15,567 bases of DNA, taken from positions 1-15,567 of the forward strand of contig JAWOCD010000051.1 in assembly GCA_046483985.1 (NCBI GenBank), read 5' to 3'. Of the stretch, positions 1-8,700 are shown piece by piece. Each line of letters opens with the position of its first letter. The first letter of the stretch is position 1. The position numbers and the translations under genes are program-made. The DNA is from Promethearchaeia archaeon. GTDB lineage: Archaea > Asgardarchaeota > Lokiarchaeia > Sigyniarchaeales > SOKP01. The notes under the pieces were generated by a model that saw only the letters and a program-made list of their open reading frames with translations, searched no databases and was not told the origin of the DNA.

Positions 1-217
1 GATGGGATGATGTTTTTTGAAGGAAAATCGTCTTTTTTGTCCATTTTCGATGAGAAAATTGCGAGTCTTGATCATTCTTGAGCACACTTTTTTTCCGACA
101 AATCTCAAGGTGATATAGATGAAAATTTTGTCGCCCTTAGTTGATAGATTTTTAATTTTCGATTCATTATTTAAATTCTAAAATACACTCAAATTAATCT
201 TTAAATTTAATTATACT

Positions 218-225
218 TTTATAAA
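218..225 (+). promoter_or_regulatory. Putative archaeal TATA box for the 251..973 gene
   Basis: TTTATAAA ends ~26 nt before ATG 251 and no Shine-Dalgarno is visible, consistent with a leaderless transcript. The AT-rich context weakens the call. Confidence 0.4.
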
Positions 226-250
226 TCTAAAAAAAAGAAATGATCAGCTA

Positions 251-973
251 ATGCAACTAACGGCATTTGAATTTATGACCGGTTTATTCAGTTTGTTAAT
301 TTGTATTATCTCCATTTACATCGGGCTGTATATAGCGAGCAGATACTTCAAAAGCAGGATTAAACAGTATCTACTAGTAGGTATTTCTTGGACGGGGCTA
401 ATGAATGGATGGTGGCCATCGGCTCTGAGTTTCCTTTCAGTGTTGACCATAAACCAATCACTTCCTCCGATTCCCTACTTTCTCATTGGTAATCTTGTAT
501 TGCCCTGGTTTCTCCTCATTTGGATTATGGCTTTTAACCACTTTTTAGATATCCAACGGAAGAATATAGTGCTAGCGGTTTTTATTTTGTTTGCTTTAAT
601 CTATGATGGTTTATTGTTATTTAATATTTTTACAACTCCTGCAAATATTGGAGAATTAACCAGTGCCGTGGATGTGAAATATAAAGGAATATTCTCTCTG
701 CTCTTACTACTCGTCTTAATTATAGTCTGCATTACGGGACTATTGTTTGCCAAACAATCATTAAGGGCTGAACAGAGGGTAAGTAAATTACGGGGCAAAT
801 TTATCGGCATAGCATTCATTTCATGGACCGTTGGCGCGATAGCAGATTCTACATTCACGTTAAACTTTATTACTCTTCCAATTATAAGAATCTTGCTAAT
901 TTCGAGTTCACTCGAATTTTATATAGGAATCATTATGCCAAAACCCATTGAGAATATCTTCTTAAAGAAGTAA
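251..973 (+). CDS. Hypothetical polytopic membrane protein, ~7 TM helices, no cytoplasmic output domain
   Basis: 240-aa ORF with about seven hydrophobic stretches (approx. aa 9-31, 40-62, 74-98, 106-127, 146-167, 183-201, 206-229) separated by short basic loops (SRYFKSRIK, KQSLRAEQRVSKLRGK). Confidence 0.85.
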   Translation: MQLTAFEFMTGLFSLLICIISIYIGLYIASRYFKSRIKQYLLVGISWTGLMNGWWPSALSFLSVLTINQSLPPIPYFLIGNLVLPWFLLIWIMAFNHFLDIQRKNIVLAVFILFALIYDGLLLFNIFTTPANIGELTSAVDVKYKGIFSLLLLLVLIIVCITGLLFAKQSLRAEQRVSKLRGKFIGIAFISWTVGAIADSTFTLNFITLPIIRILLISSSLEFYIGIIMPKPIENIFLKK

Positions 974-1322
974 CTGGTTAAAGCAATAAAGATAAATTGA
1001 GTCCATAATAAAAGAAAAAAGAATTGGCGATTATTCGTCTAGTCGCTGTAAATAAAAATCCATAAATATGAATGGATCTCACATCTATGGGGAAAAAGGA
1101 ATGATGTTGTAATACGATTAAAATCTTAATCTCTGAGAGGAAAAGGATAAAATATATCGTAAATTTGGAGAAAAGGAGTTTATTTTTTATCCCAAAAAGT
1201 CTTCTCTTTAAGAGATAATTTTTAAAAGAAAAATGAATATATTTGAATAAAATGAATGAATATTTAATTTATCGTGACCAGTTCAATGGGGAAATTGGAA
1301 ATCTAATTGTGGAGGTTAAAAA

Positions 1323-1904
1323 ATGAATGAAAGAAAGCTCATAAAACTGATGGAGGAAAGATGGACTGCTCGAAAGTTCAAATCTAAAGATGTTGCAGAC
1401 AAAAATCTGGATAAAATACTGGAAGCAGGTAGATGGGCCCCTTCTGGTGGGAATAAACAGCCGTGGGAGTTAATAGTTATCAAGGATAAAAGACTAAAAA
1501 AGAAGATAGCTGAGATATACGCCGAAGGACAGGGACTCATTAAACCCTCTAAAAGATATACGATTCCGCCCATACTGATAGCGGTATGTATAGATACTCG
1601 AATTATCGATTCTTATCCAGATAAAATGCCTGCAGAGTTCATAGTCTACGCCAGTATTGGAACTATGGTTCAAAATATGGCTCTCCTCGCTACCTCTATG
1701 GGATTATCGTTGAGTTGGGGCACTCAACCCACGGTAATCCGTGAAAATTTGAAAAAATTATTGGAAATACCCGAATATATATCTATCCCAGATATACTCC
1801 AACTAGGTTATCCAGCTCAAGAAAGACATTTTTCTGACCGACGCAAAAGAGATGATTTCATCCATATTGATACGATGGACAAATCTAAATTGAGAGATCT
1901 ATAA
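1323..1904 (+). CDS. Nitroreductase family (FMN-binding) oxidoreductase
   Basis: N-terminal RWTARKF (RRSxRxF-like), EAGRWAPSGGNKQPWELIVI, LLATSMGLSLSW and LQLGYP motifs; GGAGGT ribosome-binding site at 1311-1316. Confidence 0.93.
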   Translation: MNERKLIKLMEERWTARKFKSKDVADKNLDKILEAGRWAPSGGNKQPWELIVIKDKRLKKKIAEIYAEGQGLIKPSKRYTIPPILIAVCIDTRIIDSYPDKMPAEFIVYASIGTMVQNMALLATSMGLSLSWGTQPTVIRENLKKLLEIPEYISIPDILQLGYPAQERHFSDRRKRDDFIHIDTMDKSKLRDL

Positions 1905-1921
1905 AATTATACAGAAATTCA

Positions 1922-1943
1922 TCTTTTGGGTTTTTATTTTTAT
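1922..1943 (+). terminator. Putative archaeal oligo-T terminator after the nitroreductase
   Basis: TCTTTTGGGTTTTTATTTTTAT just downstream of the stop codon. Confidence 0.35.
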
Positions 1944-2006
1944 TAAAAATTAAATAATCGAATGTCCCTCGTTTTTTAATAATATTTGTATTATATATTA
2001 AATAAC

Positions 2007-4172
2007 ATGGTATCAGATGTTCCCCGCTACTTTAATCGCCATTATTTGAAAAAGAATCAGATTCATTATCGACATTATCAAGATAAAATTGCTAAAGCAT
2101 GTCAAGATAAAAATTCATTGGTAGTACTCCCCACAGGGTTGGGAAAGACAATTATTGCTTTTCTTGCCATGTCATATACCTTAGAAAAGTATAACCGCAA
2201 GGGGAAAATACTCTTATTGGCACCTACCCGACCGCTCGTCTCTCAACACGGACAATCGTGTGAAAAGTTTTTGAATATACCCCGTAACGAAATTGTTATT
2301 CTAAATGGTCGGGTAAAGCCTATCAAACGAGTCCAGTTATTCAACGAGTCAAAAATAGTTATTTCTACCCCTCAAGTCATTAAAAATGATATAGAACGTG
2401 GGAGATATGATCTCTCAAGGGTGACCCTTCTTATATTTGATGAGGCTCATAGAACGAAAGGAAATTATGCATACAATTTTATTTCCCATTATTATATTCA
2501 AAGGTGTAATGATCCGCAAATCTTAGGTCTCACTGCATCCCCGGGAAAAAATGAAGAGATCATACAAGATGTGTGCAATAATCTTTTTGTGGAGAATATT
2601 GTCTCAAAAAAGAGAAATGATGCAGATATTAAGAAATATATCCATGACATTGACCTCTATCTTGAATATGTTGATTTACCAATAGAACTTGTTGAGATTG
2701 TGGAAGTTTGGAAGAGTCTCTTTAATAAATATCTACAATTTTTTATTGACAGGGATTTAATCAATCCATATAAGGAATATTACTCAAAATTGGATTTTTT
2801 GGCAATAGCCAAAGATTTAACTCTTTCATTGAAATATGAGGAGGATGAATACCTTGATCCCGTGGAACAAGAAAAATATTTGGAGCAATTATATTATCGC
2901 GACCCGAAAATCATAGAAATCGTCCAAGAAAACAATCTTAATATCTATGCCATTTTTTCCTATTGTTCTTCTTGCATTTCCTTATTGCATGGGAAGGATT
3001 TATTGGAAACCCAAGATATTGCGTTATTTACCTCATTTTTGGAGAAAATAGAACGAAAAGCGGCAAATGACATTAAAGCGGGAAAACGTATTACTCGTTC
3101 TGAACACTTTAAACTCATACAGTCCCGGCTAAGCCAGAACAACAAAGCAGACTATGCTCATCCCAAAATTAAAAAGGTCTTTTCCCTCCTTAACGAGGAA
3201 TTGCACGAGCATGACAATAAAAAATTAATTATTTTCACCCAATATCGGGAAATGGCCGAGGAACTAAAAAAATTGGTGAGGGAAGAATTTGGGAATCTAC
3301 TAACCGTGGAAAAATTTATCGGACAAACCAATAAGATAGACGACCCAGGATTTTCCCAAAGCACCCAAATTGATATTTTAGATAAATTTCGAAATGATGA
3401 GATCGATGTATTAATTGCAACAAGTGTTGCCGAGGAAGGGCTGGATATTCCCAATGTCGATGCATTAATCTTTTATGAACCAGTGCCCTCCGAAATCCGG
3501 TTTATTCAAAGGCGTGGCCGGACGGGCAGATCTAAAGATGGACGCTGCTATATTTTAATTGCGAAAGGTACTGTGGATGTGCCGTTTTTTAAAGTGGCAA
3601 AGAAGAAAGTGGGCACCATGAATAATATTCTCGAGGATACCGAAAGATTAGACTTAAATCAGAGTATTGAACGAAAGAAAATCGATTTCTCGGTATTTGA
3701 AAATGCGTATTCCCAGTATGAAGTTATCAAAAATTTCAAGGAAAGGAAGGAGAAGGAAAAAGAGTTATTAGCACATCGCTCTCTGGAAGAAATTATCGAG
3801 AAAATTGATACTTTTTGTAAGAGCGAACAATATGGCAAATATAAAAATCAAGGAGTCACCTTTTTTAACGATGTGGTTGATTTAAACAAGGAAAAGATGA
3901 AATCGCATCTCTATAGGATTAAAAAAGTAAAAAAACCTAAAAACAAGAACAAAAAGAAAAGAAAACGATATCTGAATAATAATGTTAAAACACTCATAGA
4001 TATAGTCAAATATAGCGAAAATCAAGCGCTAAGTTTAGATAAATTTAAGGAATTTGCGGAAGACGAGGAAATTATTGGAAAAAAATTCCATATTCATTTC
4101 AATCGTGCCTGTTATTTAGAATATCTTAAAAAAGAAGATGGTCAAGTACTATTTCTGAAGGGATATGATTAA
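2007..4172 (+). CDS. hef: Hef/FANCM/Mph1-family SF2 DEAH-box helicase; C-terminal ERCC4 nuclease not recognisable
   Basis: Q-motif RHYQ, Walker A LPTGLGKT, Ia APTRPLVSQH, Ib STPQVIKND, II IFDEAHR, III GLTASPG, IV IIFTQYRE, V ATSVAEEGLDIP, YEPVPSEIR, VI QRRGRTGR. ATG 2007 is preferred over the TTG at 1986. Confidence 0.93.
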   Translation: MVSDVPRYFNRHYLKKNQIHYRHYQDKIAKACQDKNSLVVLPTGLGKTIIAFLAMSYTLEKYNRKGKILLLAPTRPLVSQHGQSCEKFLNIPRNEIVILNGRVKPIKRVQLFNESKIVISTPQVIKNDIERGRYDLSRVTLLIFDEAHRTKGNYAYNFISHYYIQRCNDPQILGLTASPGKNEEIIQDVCNNLFVENIVSKKRNDADIKKYIHDIDLYLEYVDLPIELVEIVEVWKSLFNKYLQFFIDRDLINPYKEYYSKLDFLAIAKDLTLSLKYEEDEYLDPVEQEKYLEQLYYRDPKIIEIVQENNLNIYAIFSYCSSCISLLHGKDLLETQDIALFTSFLEKIERKAANDIKAGKRITRSEHFKLIQSRLSQNNKADYAHPKIKKVFSLLNEELHEHDNKKLIIFTQYREMAEELKKLVREEFGNLLTVEKFIGQTNKIDDPGFSQSTQIDILDKFRNDEIDVLIATSVAEEGLDIPNVDALIFYEPVPSEIRFIQRRGRTGRSKDGRCYILIAKGTVDVPFFKVAKKKVGTMNNILEDTERLDLNQSIERKKIDFSVFENAYSQYEVIKNFKERKEKEKELLAHRSLEEIIEKIDTFCKSEQYGKYKNQGVTFFNDVVDLNKEKMKSHLYRIKKVKKPKNKNKKKRKRYLNNNVKTLIDIVKYSENQALSLDKFKEFAEDEEIIGKKFHIHFNRACYLEYLKKEDGQVLFLKGYD

Positions 4173-4321
4173 TAAAGTGATATTTCTTTAATATATAACA
4201 ATATTCGGGAATTTCCTCTTCCTAAATATCTATTTGAAAGTTGAATTTAAAATTTATAAAAATTGATTCCTATATTGAATATTATAAATTGAGGAAATAT
4301 TTTATCATAAAGAAATACGAT

Positions 4322-4442
4322 CAAATTCACCGTCCCTTCGGGGACGATCATATCGGGGTGGAGAACCATCCTATGTTGTCTAAGGTGTGTATAACACATT
4401 AGGGAGCACGAATCCACCGCCCTTTAGGCCGTGGTAGTTCAA
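4322..4442 (+). mobile_element. Non-autonomous IS200/IS605-family miniature element (MITE/PATE-like) with omegaRNA-like structured core
   Basis: GC-rich island in AT-rich DNA. Left hairpin CGTCCC-TTCG-GGGACG (4331-4346). Right end GAAT (4410-4413), imperfect hairpin CCACCGCC-CTTTA-GGCCGTGG (4414-4434) and TTCAA (4438-4442), matching the guide/hairpin/cleavage-site layout of IS608/ISDra2 right ends. No tnpA/tnpB ORF. Left boundary approximate. Confidence 0.75.
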
Positions 4443-4476
4443 TCCAACTTTCCTTTTAGAAGCGGGAGGTTAATAG

Positions 4477-4752
4477 ATGATAGAGACAAATGAACTGATA
4501 ACCTTATTCATTGGAATAGGAACATGCATCTTCATTGTTACTAAATATTCAAATCTGATTAACCTCCCTAAGTTAAAACTGTTGGTTTCTTCGTTTTCTA
4601 TATTTTTACTCGGTTGGGTTTTAACAATCCTTGAAGGGATATTTTATCAAGATTTACTCAATATGGTCGAGCATCTGTGTTATTTCTCTGCTTCACTACT
4701 GCTCGTCATTTGGATCGTTAAAGTATATAAAAAAAGAGAGGGATGTAATTAA
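4477..4752 (+). CDS. Small 3-TM membrane protein, probable accessory sensor subunit of the downstream kinase
   Basis: 91 aa with three hydrophobic helices, a GGAGGT RBS ~7 nt upstream, and a stop that overlaps the kinase start (TAATG, 4750-4754). Confidence 0.8.
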   Translation: MIETNELITLFIGIGTCIFIVTKYSNLINLPKLKLLVSSFSIFLLGWVLTILEGIFYQDLLNMVEHLCYFSASLLLVIWIVKVYKKREGCN

Positions 4753-5759
4753 TGAATCTAATTAGTATTATTGATATCTCCTCTTTTATAACTATTATAA
4801 TTGGAATGTTAATTGTTATATTTAAGAGTTCGAAAAAAATTCCCGCGAATATGACGCGGATTATTCTATTGCTATTAATATTAAACTCTATTCATCATTT
4901 ATTCAACTTTATTGAATGGGCTATTTATCCTGTTATCGATTTTTATGACGATTTTATTGAAATTTTACAACCCATAATTTGGATGTTTGTTTTTTATGAG
5001 TTTATTCAAGAGGAGTCTAAGAAAGAGTTAATGAAAAGCAAACAAAGATATATTGAAGCCTATAATCGGGTTGAATTCTTTAAAGATCTTCTTGCCCACG
5101 ATATGGCCAACATTCTTCAAAATATTAATTCATCCATAGAGATGATTGAATTACAGGATATAGAGGGGACAATTTCGGAGAAGAGTAATGAAATGATGGA
5201 TATCATGAAAAATCAAATTACAAAGGGCTCCTCCTTAATCTCAAGAGTGCGGAAGCTCTCAAAAGTAGAGAAGGAAGTAAAGGATAAGAGTCTGGTTGAT
5301 ATAGAGAAGATACTTAATGAAATAATCAAACATATTCACTCTCGAGTTCGGGAAAAAAAGATTATAATAGAGAAGGAATTTGATTCCATCACCGATAAAG
5401 TGATGGGCGGTGATCTCCTTCTTCACGCTTTCGAAAATATCCTCCTAAATGGATGTGTCCATAACGACAGCGAACCCATAAAATTATGGGTTATTCTTTC
5501 TGAAGTTCAAGAGAACGGAGAAACTTTCGTAAAGATAGAGTTCAAGGACAACGGTATTGGTGTTTCAGATGAAACAAAAGAATCCATCTTTGAAAGGAAC
5601 TATAAAAAGAATAGAAATATGACTGGAATGGGTATTGGGTTATCGCTCGTGAAAAAAATTGTGAATGGTTATGGTGGTCAAATCCAAGTTGAGAACCGGG
5701 TAAAGGGGGATTATACTCAGGGAAGTAATTTTATCGTTACTTTACCAACGGTATCCTAA
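4752..5759 (+). CDS. Sensor histidine kinase (3-TM N-terminus, HisKA, HATPase_c)
   Basis: H-box LLAHDMANILQ, N-box AFENILLNG, G1 FKDNGIG, F-box IFE, G2 GMGIGLSLV, C-terminal GSNFIVTLP. Confidence 0.93.
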   Translation: MNLISIIDISSFITIIIGMLIVIFKSSKKIPANMTRIILLLLILNSIHHLFNFIEWAIYPVIDFYDDFIEILQPIIWMFVFYEFIQEESKKELMKSKQRYIEAYNRVEFFKDLLAHDMANILQNINSSIEMIELQDIEGTISEKSNEMMDIMKNQITKGSSLISRVRKLSKVEKEVKDKSLVDIEKILNEIIKHIHSRVREKKIIIEKEFDSITDKVMGGDLLLHAFENILLNGCVHNDSEPIKLWVILSEVQENGETFVKIEFKDNGIGVSDETKESIFERNYKKNRNMTGMGIGLSLVKKIVNGYGGQIQVENRVKGDYTQGSNFIVTLPTVS

Positions 5760-5791
5760 TATTGAACTTCCAAAATTAAAAATGAGGGATA

Positions 5792-8700
5792 TCAAACTTT
5801 TTCCTTTTCTCGTTTCTTAAACATTAGGTAAGCAATTACAAACGTAATAAATAGAAGCGGGATTGCAGCTACCATTGGATTTTCACCGGTTAACACAAAA
5901 CTATAATAAGTAATCGTCAAAGTCGATGCAAAAAACGCGATAATGGAGCTATATTGAGTTGTGAAGTTCTTAAGCCTCGTAAGAAACATATAGACCTTGT
6001 AGTTCATTTTCTTAATGACTTGAAGCTCCTCCTCATTAATATTCTCCAAAACTCTGGGATCTTCATAATAGATCCCTAATCGGGGGTCATATTTTCCAGG
6101 TAACTGGTCTGACCCGATTAAATAAATTAAATAGTCTTGGATACGCTTTTTCTTAATTTTGAGTTCATTATTGATAAAGCTAATGGTAAGGAACCCATTT
6201 GCGACCGCTTTAATGCTCATCTCCACATAGGATTTTAAAATCATTCTATGGAGATTTTTAGCTTTCTCTTCTACGGTCTCCCCAAACTCTTTCAAAAACT
6301 TATCGAAGTCTTCAAAGAGGTATTTATTCTTAGTCTCAAAATTTTTGGCTTTTTTACTGTATCTTTTATTAAGGTTTTTAATCTCTTTTTTGGCTTCACC
6401 AATAAGATCTAAAATATTTTCTTTTCTTTTCCTTATTTTGTTGTTAGCCTTTTTGAATTCTCTTATCTCGATATATTCTTTCACTCTTTTTTGAAGCGTT
6501 CCGAGTAATTGAGAAAAGAATATCTTGCGTTCGTTTATGTAATTTAATAATTTTTCACGTAAATCTTCATGTTTTAAAATGTTGATTTTATCTCTCAATT
6601 TATCTTTCTTTTCTTCATATTCCTTAAAGAAATGGTTTTTGTTATTTACATAGATTTCTCTTAATTCTGCGTCAAGATTCTCGGATTTAAAATCATCATC
6701 TATTGATTTTTTAATTTTTTCATCAATTTCATCTTCTATATTCTCCAATCTATTCTCAAATTTTTCCCTTTTCTTGGTGAAGTACGCATTTACCTTTTCA
6801 TATGATTCAGTTTTATTTATTTTTTTTTCAATTGAGGTTTCAAATTCTCTTAATTCTAATTTTGCATTGTTATAACGAGAAATTATAAAGCTCTGAAGAT
6901 CTGAAAATAATTTAAGATTTTTTTTGATGTCCATCAAGGCCTGCGCATCCTTATTGATTCGAGATCCGAAATTTTGTTTAATTTCTTTAAAATCTTTCAA
7001 TGTCTGATCGATTCCAAGGGACCGCACTTTTTCATTAAATTTCTTCATCATTTCTTTGTCAAAATCGCTGAGTTCATTTATGCGATCTTGCAATTCGCTT
7101 AAATTTATTTTTAGGGTCTTATGTTTGATGGCAGAGTCATACAATGCTAAAATCTTTCCAACCGATTCATAATTTTTCTTTAGCAGTGAATTTTCTACAT
7201 AATTGTTAAGTTTTTTAATCTTAAAGTATTGTTCTGTATAAACTAACAGGTAATTTTCTTTTTCATCTAATTCTCCCTCGAGTTTAGACATGTCGATCAT
7301 ATCTTTTATCCTTTTCACTAGAATCTTACATTTAAGGTTTACGCTTTTCTTTAAATCTTTAATGAGGATACTGTTGGTCTTCGTTCTATTGATTAATTTA
7401 TTGATCTTAGCGCTTATGATGCTATTGATAAATTCGTCCCTCACATTCTCCAGTTCATCGTAAAAAAATTCCTTAAATTTTTTCCATTTTATAATGGAGA
7501 CTTTGAGTTTTTCGTTGAAATCCTTAACTAATTCATTGCATGCTTCTAATTTTTCTTCAAATTGCTCATCTATCTCTTGGAAATCTTCTTTTAACTCCTC
7601 TAAGTCATCTTCAATATCTGAAATCTCTAGATTTTTAATTATTTGTGGATCGCTTAACTCCTCTTTGTAATTTTGGATTTTACTCCTATACGTTGATGCA
7701 TTTTCGGAGATAAAATCTTCGAAATTTTTGATCTTGACTTTATTTCTTTTCTTAATTACTTTACTCCGAAGGTCACTGACGGGTTCTTCTATTAAATCTA
7801 TCAAATTCTCTTCGATTTGGTCAGATTTATTCTGCAAATGCCGATAGAGCAAGAACAACTTTTGATTCTTTGTTAACTCCTTGTCAACTGCTTTTTGAAT
7901 TTTTTTTATCTCTTTTGATTTTTCCTTAAGTTGCTCTTCCGACTGTTTTTTAATGATCTCAAATGCTTCTTGGAATTCTTTTTCTTGTATTGAATCAGCG
8001 ATTTTATCCTCAATATTCTTAATATCTCTGTTTATTCTTTGTTTTATTTGCTCCAACTTTTCCAAATAATCTTCAAAAAACTGAAATCCATGCTCGTAAT
8101 ATTCAAAAACTTCCGACATTTCTTCCTTAATGCTTATCCAATTGTTGATCACTTCTCTATGCTTCTTGAGGATTACCTCCTCCTCCGTCGAAATATTCTT
8201 CGAAAAGTCAAATATCTTTTGATCAAACTTCTCAACACTGTCCTTAATGCTTCTAAACTCCCGTTTAATTAAGGAGAATTTATCCTCTGTGTATCCGTCT
8301 TGTAGAGTTTCCCTGAGATACTTGCGAAAATCGTTTATCCGTTTGTTATAATAATTTCCTGTCTGAAATATCTTCTCATCCAGCTTTTCCAATTTGAAAT
8401 TGAGTTTCCTTAACTCTTCTTTTTCGGCAATCTCAACTTGTAGATCTTGATCGATATTTTTCAGTTTTTGTTTTAATCGAGAATATTCTTTTTGCCATTT
8501 TTTAATTTCCGTCGACAATCTAGCTCTAATATTAATATAGTATAGATCAACATTGAAGTTATTCTCTATATTCTCGTTGAGAAAGTCCGCGTTCATCAAA
8601 GCATCCCTGAGTATAAATCGGAGTCTCTGTTTTGCCAAATCAATCTCGTTTAATATTAAATAGCTCTTTACTTCCTCTTTAATTTGATTTGAGGTCTTTT

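Noticed and set aside
1-167. Start of a divergent minus-strand gene (e.g. MDKKDDFPSKNIIP from position 44)
   Set aside because: Too little sequence inside the window to support any frame or product.
601-3454. Antisense ORFs 601..858, 1316..1573, 2960..3145 and 3158..3454
   Set aside because: Shadow frames of well-supported plus-strand genes, with no motifs.
3660-3700. Active ERCC4 nuclease motif in the helicase (IERKKID)
   Set aside because: Spacing is ERKx2D rather than ERKx3D, there is no upstream GD, and the following sequence looks like a charged helix.
4400-4450. tRNA gene suggested by GTTCAATCC (T-loop-like)
   Set aside because: No cloverleaf, acceptor stem or D-arm can be built, and the motif is one base short of a T-loop. 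It is better explained as the TTCAA end of an IS200/IS605 element.
5790-5812. Target of the predicted mini-element guide (ATCAAACTTTTTCCTTTT resembles ATCCAACTTTCCTTTT)
   Set aside because: Needs a mismatch and a gap in low-complexity pyrimidine-rich sequence; expected by chance.
5795-5820. Eukaryote-like dilysine ER-retrieval signal at the C-terminus (KKREKEKV)
   Set aside because: The lysines are at -2 and -4, not the KKxx or KxKxx positions. A positive-inside tail explains it.
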